From positions 1 through 38,798 of the IMG/VR virus record IMGVR_UViG_3300045988_016398: a stretch of DNA of 38,798 nucleotides; one strand, 5' to 3'. A program made the translations under genes and the position numbers. The notes beneath the pieces are model-generated. The model had not been told where the DNA came from, searched no databases, and worked only from the letters and a program-made list of their open reading frames with translations. This stretch comes from a virus. Positions 14,301-21,788 of the stretch are shown in pieces; the stretch's first letter is position 1; each line of letters begins with the position of its first letter.

Positions 14301-14696
14301 TTATTTAAACTTAATCTGTTTTTCTTGACCTCCAAGATAGTAGGTAACTGTTGGCTTCACTTCACTTAGTACTTTGGCCACACCTGGCTGTACTGGTGCT
14401 ACATAAATGTGGTGATGATAGAAGGAATGAGGGAACATATCTAAACGATATGCAGGCGGTACATCTTTTACGATTAACCACTTAGCATCTACAGACTTAC
14501 CATTGTCTAAGGTAATCTTAGACTCATAGCCACCTGTAGCAGACAATATAGTCCAATCCTCTAACACTACCTGGGTAGTAGTTTGGCCAAGAACTGATTC
14601 ATCCTTTAACTCAATAGATGGGGAAGGCTTAAGTAAGAATACTAACCCCACGCACACAACAATAATGATAGGTATAATAGCTAGTTTTAGTTTCAT
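14301..14696 (-). CDS. Membrane-anchored exported protein in the lysogeny operon (candidate superinfection-exclusion factor)
   Basis: An N-terminal hydrophobic anchor (MKLKLAIIPIIIVVCVGLVFLL) is followed by a beta-rich soluble part. The gene is co-oriented with the repressor and ImmA-like genes. Confidence 0.55.
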   Translation of the reverse strand: MKLKLAIIPIIIVVCVGLVFLLKPSPSIELKDESVLGQTTTQVVLEDWTILSATGGYESKITLDNGKSVDAKWLIVKDVPPAYRLDMFPHSFYHHHIYVAPVQPGVAKVLSEVKPTVTYYLGGQEKQIKFK

Positions 14697-14708
14697 GATA
14701 TATCTCCC

Positions 14709-14981
14709 TTAGTTATCAATGAAATGGTGGTAAAACTGAATAAATTCTAGCTCACTTTCATTTAGTGATGATCGTCTTACCATCTGTTCAACGATGTTGA
14801 CATGATGGTCTATATAGAAGTCATCATTAAGAATATGAGTCAGTTCGTGCTTAATCTGTTCGCGTAGTTTCTCTTGTGACAAATTTTTATTGACATAGAT
14901 ATTATGTGTGTCACAATCTGCTGAACCCTCTACAACAGCATCTACGAAAGGCAATTCACAATGAATAATATTTACTACCAA
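14709..14981 (-). CDS. ImmA/IrrE-like zinc metallopeptidase (short, 90 aa)
   Basis: An HExxH motif (IKHELTHIL) is preceded by NIYVNKNLS. The gene lies directly downstream of the XRE repressor, as in ImmR/ImmA pairs. Confidence 0.6.
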   Translation of the reverse strand: MVVNIIHCELPFVDAVVEGSADCDTHNIYVNKNLSQEKLREQIKHELTHILNDDFYIDHHVNIVEQMVRRSSLNESELEFIQFYHHFIDN

Positions 14982-15000
14982 GCTAACACTCCCTTGTGTA

Positions 15001-15381
15001 TTATTTGTTTTTAAGTTTTAGTAGCTCAATGTATTCAACAGCCTTCTCCATATCCTCCTTACTAATATCCTTTGCAGCAGAAAATAGCATGTGTGCATCT
15101 GGACGTGTGCGTAGATACTCTGCAAACGCTGCAGTCTCAGCGTCAACGTAATACCCTTTGCGTTCATGAGGGAGTGTGATTGGCTCTCCAACATTGGCTA
15201 AATCTTCTGGACTGATATGTAAACCTCTACATATTTTAATAATATTATCTATTGATGCACCTCCCACATTACGCAATATGGAAAACAATGTTGAAGAAGG
15301 CATCCCTATGTTAGCGGCGAATTCTCGCTGAGTCATCCCATATTCTTTAATCTTAGCTTTTAAATAATCTTCTCTAGTCAT
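15001..15381 (-). CDS. XRE-family HTH repressor (CI/ImmR-like)
   Basis: An N-terminal HTH (MTQREFAANIGMPSSTLFSILRN) is present. The gene is divergent from the cro-like gene across a region containing operator repeats. Confidence 0.8.
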   Translation of the reverse strand: MTREDYLKAKIKEYGMTQREFAANIGMPSSTLFSILRNVGGASIDNIIKICRGLHISPEDLANVGEPITLPHERKGYYVDAETAAFAEYLRTRPDAHMLFSAAKDISKEDMEKAVEYIELLKLKNK

Positions 15382-15624
15382 GATAATAGCTCCCTATTAA
15401 TTAACTATATATGTAAATTATAATATGTACTGTCTGATATTCCAATAATGAGTTATGAATTTTTATATATAAATCCGATATTTTAATATTTAATTATATT
15501 TAAACTAAACTTCAACAACTGTTTATTGGACATGTCCGAAATATAAAGCTATACTAAAGCCATAGAGATATCCGAAATATCGGACATCAAATATACTTTT
15601 CATAACTAAGGAGGTGAAGAACTA
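15382..15624. promoter_or_regulatory. Divergent immunity-region promoters with repeated operator motif GTCCGA(A/T)AT(A/T)T
   Basis: Copies are at 15432-15443 (GTCTGATATTCC), 15473-15484 (ATCCGATATTTT) and 15534-15545 (GTCCGAAATATA). A dyad copy lies at 15571-15585 (TCCGA-AATA-TCGGA-C). Confidence 0.65.
15526..15555 (+). promoter_or_regulatory. Candidate early rightward promoter (-35 TTGGAC, 18-nt spacer, -10 TATACT)
   Basis: The hexamers were read directly. One operator copy lies in the spacer and the dyad copy lies just downstream. Confidence 0.5.
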
Positions 15625-15819
15625 ATGTATCCAAATCTTAACGCAGAACTAGCTCGTAAAGGCTGGACACGTAAAGACTTAGCGAGAGAGACTGGGCTTA
15701 AGTACCAGACGCTCAATGAAAAGATGAATGGCAAGCGTCCATTTACCTTCCCCGAAGCGGTACTGGTTAAGAAAGCATTGTCTACTGAGCTTGATCTCGA
15801 ACAAATTTTTTTAACTTAA
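15625..15819 (+). CDS. Cro-like XRE-family HTH protein
   Basis: A 64-aa ORF with an AAGGAGG RBS and the HTH KDLARETGLKYQTLNEKMNG. It is the first gene of the rightward operon. Confidence 0.8.
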   Translation: MYPNLNAELARKGWTRKDLARETGLKYQTLNEKMNGKRPFTFPEAVLVKKALSTELDLEQIFLT

Positions 15820-15821
15820 TT

Positions 15822-15834
15822 GTCCGATATTTCG
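15822..15834 (+). promoter_or_regulatory. Extra operator copy (GTCCGATATTTCG) downstream of cro
   Basis: This is a 13-nt exact match to the reverse complement of the dyad operator at 15573-15585. Confidence 0.5.
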
Positions 15835-15852
15835 TACACGGAGGTATTCACT

Positions 15853-16074
15853 ATGAAACAACAAGTACCGGACATTGCTCCAGTAGTCGCAGCATTAGAT
15901 AGGTTTATTATTACAACCTTAGATAATGGCTACTTGGAAGAAGTCCAATGTGTAAGTGATCTAATCAACGCAAGGGTCACTTTGGTATCAACTCATCAAC
16001 AAATGACTAGCAAAGAACGGGAGTTACCGATTAGAAAAGGTGGCCAACCAATCTACGCTAGACGTACAAAATAA
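15853..16074 (+). CDS. Hypothetical early protein
   Basis: ATG 15853 has a GGAGG RBS. The track ORF starts at TTG 15820, which sits on the operator copy and is less likely. Confidence 0.55.
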   Translation: MKQQVPDIAPVVAALDRFIITTLDNGYLEEVQCVSDLINARVTLVSTHQQMTSKERELPIRKGGQPIYARRTK

Positions 16075-16159
16075 CCCCATCGGTACCGGACATACCGACA
16101 GGGCCAATCAAATAATAATTCGATTAACTTAAGTATACAACAACGAAAGGTATTTATCC

Positions 16160-17671
16160 ATGAATAAAACAATTTTAATGACAGCAACAATCGCATCCTT
16201 AGCAGTAAACGTAATGGCTGCTAATAACAATACTTTGGCAGGCACGGACAATAACATCACCGCTACTTCCCATAGCTCAATGGTATCTGGCTATAAAAAT
16301 ACTATCGACGCTAACAACGCACTAGCATTTGGTACTAACAATACAGTAACTGGTGAAAATGGTTTTGCCGGCGGTAATAACGCTACTGCAGCAGGTCGTA
16401 ACTCCTTCGCCTTTGGCTCTCACGCTGAAAGCCTAGTGGAATACACTGTGGCAATCGGTAACCAAGCAAGAACCGCTTCCTATGATAGCGTGGCTATCGG
16501 CAATGGTGCCTTCGTATCTGGTGAATCCAGTGTGGCGCTAGGTAGAACCAATAACGTTACTGGCGAAAACTCCGTAGCGATCGGTGCCAACAATGGGACT
16601 GTAGCAGGTGGCCAATCCGCCGTAGTTGGCTATAACAACAAAATTGGTTCCCAAAAGGAACAGCTAGTGTTCGGATCTAATTCCGAATCTAGTGGCCAAG
16701 GCGCATTGGTATTTGGTACACATGCTAAATCAGTAGCAACCGATGCTATCGCATTTGGTAACAATACAATCTCTGATAAGCCTAACGCAGTGGCCATTGG
16801 TACTAATGCAGTCACTGACGATGCAGTCGGTGTTGATGGTGTAGACCTTAATGGTACACGCCATATCTTTGCAGGAGAACAACCTGCCAGTGTGGTTAGC
16901 TTCGGTGCTCGTGGTAGAGCAGGTGCAGGTAGTATTAAATATTATAACCGTCAGCTCCAAAATGTAAGCGCCGGCCGTGTAGAGGCTGACAGTTTGGACG
17001 CTGTTAACGGCAGCCAATTATACGCTGCGTACGATGAAATTAATACCATTGGAGGCACAGTAAATGGACATACTCAACAAATTAATCGAAATGCTAATAA
17101 TATTGGCGCTAACACTAACCGCATTAATAACCTTGAAGGCGCTGTTAACACTAACGCTACTGCTATTAACAATCTAGCAGGTGCGCTTACTACTACCCAA
17201 GGTCAAGTAAAAGTAAATACAAAAGACATTGCAGACCTTAAAGGCAAAACAGATGCTAATACTAATGCTATTAGCCAAGTAAATGATCGTGTGTCTGACA
17301 CTAATCAACGTATCGATAACTTAGGGAACAGCTTTAATAATGTATCTCAACGCATGAATAAATTAGGTGCAAGCTCCGCAGCATTAGCAGGTCTACATCC
17401 TCTTGAATACAACAAGAATGATAAAGGTAACTTCGCTATTAGCTATGGTCATTACCGCAACGCAAATGCCGTAGCACTTGGTGCGTTCTATAGCCCTAAT
17501 GAAAAAGTACGCTTAGGCTTCGGTATAACACTAGGTGGTGAAACTCAATTCAATATCAATGCTGCGTTCCGTACTGGTAAAGGTTCTGAATATGAACCAC
17601 AAGCTAAGAATGGTGAGCTCGAACAACTTCGTAAGGAAGTAGCTGAATTGAAAGCATTAGTTACTAAATAA
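16160..17671 (+). CDS. Trimeric autotransporter adhesin (YadA-like head repeats, neck, stalk, beta-barrel anchor) with a post-anchor coiled-coil extension
   Basis: The signal peptide is MNKTILMTATIASLAVNVMA|A. It has many head-type repeats (NSFAFG, YTVAIG, DSVAIG, SSVALG, NSVAIG, NAVAIG) and a neck (VEADSLDAVNGSQLYA). The stalk is Asn-rich. The anchor reads LAGLHPLEY...NFAISYGHYRNANAVALGAFYSP...LGFGITLGGETQFNINAAFRTG. A C-terminal tail follows: GELEQLRKEVAELKALVTK. Confidence 0.85.
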   Translation: MNKTILMTATIASLAVNVMAANNNTLAGTDNNITATSHSSMVSGYKNTIDANNALAFGTNNTVTGENGFAGGNNATAAGRNSFAFGSHAESLVEYTVAIGNQARTASYDSVAIGNGAFVSGESSVALGRTNNVTGENSVAIGANNGTVAGGQSAVVGYNNKIGSQKEQLVFGSNSESSGQGALVFGTHAKSVATDAIAFGNNTISDKPNAVAIGTNAVTDDAVGVDGVDLNGTRHIFAGEQPASVVSFGARGRAGAGSIKYYNRQLQNVSAGRVEADSLDAVNGSQLYAAYDEINTIGGTVNGHTQQINRNANNIGANTNRINNLEGAVNTNATAINNLAGALTTTQGQVKVNTKDIADLKGKTDANTNAISQVNDRVSDTNQRIDNLGNSFNNVSQRMNKLGASSAALAGLHPLEYNKNDKGNFAISYGHYRNANAVALGAFYSPNEKVRLGFGITLGGETQFNINAAFRTGKGSEYEPQAKNGELEQLRKEVAELKALVTK

Positions 17672-17681
17672 GGAGGTAGCC

Positions 17682-17921
17682 ATGATAAAGAAAACAATAG
17701 CAGTTAGCCAAATGGCTACTGTACTTGGATGGACACTAACGGCGGTACGTGAATGTATCGCCAGGGACAAGTTTCCATTCGCTCAATGTTGGAACTGCCA
17801 AGGTAAGAAAGGCAGAACATTTTCTATTGATAAAGAGGGCTTCCGGTTCTACCTAGCTAACACGCTAGGATGGACAGCTAGCCGTATTGATAAAGAGTTC
17901 AAAGAGGCTCATATTCATTAA
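17682..17921 (+). CDS. Small DNA-binding protein (excisionase/HTH-like); function uncertain
   Basis: A GGAGG RBS precedes the start. VSQMATVLGWTLTAVRECIARDKFPF resembles excisionase-type HTH proteins. Confidence 0.4.
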   Translation: MIKKTIAVSQMATVLGWTLTAVRECIARDKFPFAQCWNCQGKKGRTFSIDKEGFRFYLANTLGWTASRIDKEFKEAHIH

Positions 17922-17940
17922 TTAAACGAGGTGTATAGAA

Positions 17941-18126
17941 ATGCTTACAACAATAAAAATAGTTGGCTTCATCTTAATCATCGGAGCTATGGGTTCCCTA
18001 GAACTTGACCGAGTGACATTCGGTGGCTATTTAATGCAAATCATGTTAGGTGGCTTAATGATCATATCAGCTAACCAACATGAACGTATTACATATCTAA
18101 AGAGGCAGTTACATGGCACACACTGA
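17941..18126 (+). CDS. Small membrane protein (two TM segments)
   Basis: A 61-aa ORF with a GAGGTG RBS. Hydrophobic segments are IVGFILIIGAMGSL and YLMQIMLGGLMIISA. Confidence 0.5.
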   Translation: MLTTIKIVGFILIIGAMGSLELDRVTFGGYLMQIMLGGLMIISANQHERITYLKRQLHGTH

Positions 18127-18358
18127 AAGAAATTTTAGATTGCGCCAAGATGTGTTTTACAAGCTGTGGAACGATAAGTCAGATGAGTTCAAAACTCAAA
18201 AGGCTATCCAGGATGCATCTAAGTTATCAAAGTCTACCATTAGACGGTTACTACTTGGTAACCGGGTAGACTACAACACAGCTCATGCCATAGCTAAGGT
18301 ATTTAAGGTTGAAATACCTGTATTGTTTGGTGAGGTGATTAGCTATGAAAGACTATAG
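18113..18358 (+). CDS. XRE-like HTH protein
   Basis: The sequence KTQKAIQDASKLSKSTIRRLLLGNRVDYNTAHAIAKVFKVEIPVLF follows the same HTH pattern as Cro and the next gene. Confidence 0.6.
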   Translation: MAHTERNFRLRQDVFYKLWNDKSDEFKTQKAIQDASKLSKSTIRRLLLGNRVDYNTAHAIAKVFKVEIPVLFGEVISYERL

Positions 18359-18824
18359 TGGTCCACAGCCAGTTATCCATATGGCTGTACTAAGAAAGGG
18401 ATTCGACATAAAGCAGTTAGTATATGAACGTACACCATACGGCTTCGTTGCCTGGTGCCAAGAAATAGGTATCAGCCCTAACATTGTAAAGCTAAATCGC
18501 GGTGAGTGTTGCCGTATATCTACTGCTGAACTCATAGCTAAGAAATTACGAATGTCCTTTAATTGCTTATTTAAACGAACAACCATAAAACAAAACTCAT
18601 GGGGCAATAGATTCGGATATAAGTTAAAGCATGATGAATTCAAATCCTTACTAGCTAAAAGGAAGCTAAATGTACAAGGCACTGCTGAAATATGTGGTAT
18701 CCACTACGTCACGCTATACACCTATTTAAGGAATAAGAGTGTAGCCAGGTTTACGACCGCTGTGCAAATAGCCGATAGGCTTAAAGTTCCAATCGAAACA
18801 ATATTCCAAGTACAAGATTACTAA
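18345..18824 (+). CDS. Protein with two tandem XRE-like HTH modules
   Basis: There are two copies of the ...TA..IA..L.....(L/I)F pattern: ISTAELIAKKLRMSFNCLF and TTAVQIADRLKVPIETIF. Confidence 0.55.
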   Translation: MKDYSGPQPVIHMAVLRKGFDIKQLVYERTPYGFVAWCQEIGISPNIVKLNRGECCRISTAELIAKKLRMSFNCLFKRTTIKQNSWGNRFGYKLKHDEFKSLLAKRKLNVQGTAEICGIHYVTLYTYLRNKSVARFTTAVQIADRLKVPIETIFQVQDY

Positions 18825-18843
18825 TACAAGAAAGGTAAATATA

Positions 18844-20202
18844 ATGGACAAAATTAAAATCAATTCTTTTGAATTGGAAAACGTGAAACGCGTTAAAGCG
18901 GTATCTTATGAACCTACAGAAAATGGCCTAACCGTCATCGGTGGTAAGAATGGCCAAGGTAAAACGTCTATTTTAGATGCCATCGCATGGGCGCTTGGTG
19001 GAGCTAAATTTGAACCATCCAGTGCTGCACGTGAAGGCAGTTATAATCCACCTAAATTAGAAGTAAAGCTATCCAATGGCCTCGTGGTAACACGAACTGG
19101 TGCTAACAGCACACTTAAGGTATTGGATCCAGAAGGTAAGAAATCTGGCCAAAAGATTTTAGATACTTTCATTGGTCAATTAGCCTTAGACCTTCCGAAG
19201 TTCATGGAAATGAGCGACAAAGAAAAGGCTAATGAGTTACTTCAATTATTAGGCGTAGAAGACGAGTTAAAGAAACTCGAGGGTGAATACCAAGAGGTAT
19301 ACGCTAAACGTCATTCTATAGGCCAAATTGCAAGCCAAAAAGACAAATACGCTAAAGAGTTACCTGCGTATGATGAAGTTCCACAAGAACCTATCAGTGC
19401 ATCGGAACTTATTAAACAGCAACAAGATATCCTACTTCGCAACGCTGAGAACCAAAAGAAACGTAATAACGTATCCGCTATTAAGGCTCAGATGGTGACT
19501 GTGAATAACTTAGTCGATGAAGCTCAACGAAAGTTAGAGGAACTTCAAGCTAAGCAGACACAACTAGCTGAAGATTATGATATCGCAACGACTGCAGCTA
19601 AAGACTTAGAGGACGAATCTACAGCAGAACTTGAAGAACAAATCAAGAATGTAGATGAAATCAACTCTAAAGTACGTGCTAACCAAGAACGCCAACGTGC
19701 ATTACAAGAAGCTGCAGACTTTAAGCAAGAATACGATGAGTTGACGGATGACATTCAAGACATCCGTGATCGTAAAAATAAATTGCTTGAATCTGTGGAT
19801 ATGCCACTACCAGGGTTATCTATCCAGGAAGGGGTACTTATCTACAACGGTAAACAATGGGACTGCATGAGCGGTGCTGAACAGCTCAAAGTAGCGACTG
19901 CTATTGTACGAGCACTTAACCCTAAATGTGGATTTGTATTGATGGACAAGATGGAACAGATGGACATCGATACGATGAAAGAATTCGGTGGTTGGTTAGA
20001 ACAAGAAGGCTTGCAAGTTATTGCGACTCGTGTTACCAACAACCTGGATGAATGTTCCATCATCATTGAAGATGGCCACATTAAAGGTGAGGAATTCAGT
20101 ACTACAGGTAAGACTACTAAGACTAAATCTAAACCTAAGGCAGAACCTAAAAAAGATGTAACAGAAGAACCTAAAGTAACAGATGATTGGGGTGAATTTT
20201 AA
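18844..20202 (+). CDS. SMC/Rad50-like AAA ATPase (recombination module)
   Basis: The ORF has a Walker A (GGKNGQGKTSILDAI), a central coiled coil, a signature-like SGAEQ and a Walker B-like GFVLMD. The Lys/Pro/Thr-rich tail ends in DDWGEF. Confidence 0.75.
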   Translation: MDKIKINSFELENVKRVKAVSYEPTENGLTVIGGKNGQGKTSILDAIAWALGGAKFEPSSAAREGSYNPPKLEVKLSNGLVVTRTGANSTLKVLDPEGKKSGQKILDTFIGQLALDLPKFMEMSDKEKANELLQLLGVEDELKKLEGEYQEVYAKRHSIGQIASQKDKYAKELPAYDEVPQEPISASELIKQQQDILLRNAENQKKRNNVSAIKAQMVTVNNLVDEAQRKLEELQAKQTQLAEDYDIATTAAKDLEDESTAELEEQIKNVDEINSKVRANQERQRALQEAADFKQEYDELTDDIQDIRDRKNKLLESVDMPLPGLSIQEGVLIYNGKQWDCMSGAEQLKVATAIVRALNPKCGFVLMDKMEQMDIDTMKEFGGWLEQEGLQVIATRVTNNLDECSIIIEDGHIKGEEFSTTGKTTKTKSKPKAEPKKDVTEEPKVTDDWGEF

Positions 20203-21305
20203 TGAAGATTGTAACAGGTAAACGTAAACGTGCTCAAAAAGTGGTGCTGTATGGCACTGAAGGTATTGGTAAAACCACCTTCGCAAGCCACTTCCCATCT
20301 CCAGTATTCATTGATACAGAAAGCAGTACAGACCACCTAGATGTGGCACGTACTGAAAAGCCTACATCATGGACAATGCTTATCTCCTTTGTAAAGGAAT
20401 TTGCCATGATGCCAGGCGGCTATCAAACATTAGTCATTGATACTGTAGACTGGGCTGAACAGTTATGTGTAGAACACATCTGTGCTCAACATCAAAAGAA
20501 AGGTATTGAAGAGTTCCCATACGGTACAGGCTATGTATTTGTACGTGAAGAAATGGGGCGCTTCCTTAACCTACTAGATGAAGTCATTGACGCAGGTATG
20601 AACGTAGTACTGACTGCTCATGCTCAAATTCGTAAGTTTGAACAGCCAGATGAACTCGGAGCCTATGATCGCTTTGAATTGAAACTTGGCAAAAAGACGG
20701 GAAGTCAAACATCTCCACTTATTAAAGAATGGGCGGACATGGTACTCTTTGCCAATTATAAAAATGAAATCATCACAACTCAAACCAACAAAAAGAAAGC
20801 AACTAATGGTAAGCGTTTAATGTACGCTACACACTCCCCTGCATGGGATGCCAAAAACCGTCATGGGTTACCTGATGTGATGCCATTTGAATACAGTCAA
20901 ATCGCTCACGTTATTCCAGATGATGTACTTCCAAAGGTTGCTGCTGATGAGTTGGCCAATGCAAGTACAAATGACTATGCACCTGAAGTAGTAGAGGCGG
21001 CCAAACAACAAACTGGCGAAGTAGTAGCTAAGGAAGAGCCAAAGGCTGAACCTAAGCCAAAGGCTAAGGTAGAACCGAAGCCTGAACCTGTGACAAACGA
21101 TACTCCATTAGTTGAAACAGCTATACCTAAACCATTAAAAGACTTAATGGCTAAAGATGGTGTGACATTAGACCAAGTACAGTCTGTAGTTGTAGCTCGT
21201 GGTAAATATCCACAAGGTACTCCATTTGAAAATTATGATCCAGCATTTGTAACAGGTTGGATTATCCCTATGTGGGACAAAATTGTTGAATTCATTAATA
21301 AATAA
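20202..21305 (+). CDS. Sak4-like RecA-fold ATPase (AAA_24 type) with a C-terminal extension
   Basis: The sequence KVVLYGTEGIGKTTFASHFPSPVFIDTE...LVIDTVDW is followed by a PKAEPKPKAKVEPKPEP linker. It is followed by a DUF669-like gene, as in Sak4 modules. Confidence 0.7.
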   Translation: MKIVTGKRKRAQKVVLYGTEGIGKTTFASHFPSPVFIDTESSTDHLDVARTEKPTSWTMLISFVKEFAMMPGGYQTLVIDTVDWAEQLCVEHICAQHQKKGIEEFPYGTGYVFVREEMGRFLNLLDEVIDAGMNVVLTAHAQIRKFEQPDELGAYDRFELKLGKKTGSQTSPLIKEWADMVLFANYKNEIITTQTNKKKATNGKRLMYATHSPAWDAKNRHGLPDVMPFEYSQIAHVIPDDVLPKVAADELANASTNDYAPEVVEAAKQQTGEVVAKEEPKAEPKPKAKVEPKPEPVTNDTPLVETAIPKPLKDLMAKDGVTLDQVQSVVVARGKYPQGTPFENYDPAFVTGWIIPMWDKIVEFINK

Positions 21306-21323
21306 GAAACGAGGTAACAGATT

Positions 21324-21788
21324 ATGAGTAGCGCATTTGAACAATTAGGAACAGAAGCATTAGGTTTTAACTCCGAAGTAGTAGCTGAGGTAAAGGAATT
21401 TACATTACTTCCTGCAGGTGTATATCCATTCGTTATTACTAATGTAGAAAAAGGTTATACAGATGTAGCCACTGCTAAAATTCCGGCTAACACACCTAAA
21501 GCAGTTATCACATTAGAGGCCGATGGTGGCGAACAAGGTAAAAATAAAGTCACTGAAAGATTGTACTGGATTCCCTCCATGATGTGGAAAGTATCTAATG
21601 TATTCATTGCTACTGGTTTAGCTAAACCAGGTGAAAAGTTTATGGCAAATCCTGACTTATTAATTGGCAAAACTGGTCAATTTGAACTGAGCCACAGACT
21701 GTATGAAAAGAATGACGGTACACAAGGTACTGCCAACGAAATCAAGAAGTTTATTCAACCTAAAGACGATAGCTTCGGAGGCTTCTAA
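21324..21788 (+). CDS. DUF669-like protein (putative phage ssDNA-binding partner of Sak4)
   Basis: The call rests on position after the Sak4-like gene, the 154-aa size, and an acidic/aromatic C-terminal tail (KDDSFGGF) like an SSB tip. Confidence 0.55.
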   Translation: MSSAFEQLGTEALGFNSEVVAEVKEFTLLPAGVYPFVITNVEKGYTDVATAKIPANTPKAVITLEADGGEQGKNKVTERLYWIPSMMWKVSNVFIATGLAKPGEKFMANPDLLIGKTGQFELSHRLYEKNDGTQGTANEIKKFIQPKDDSFGGF

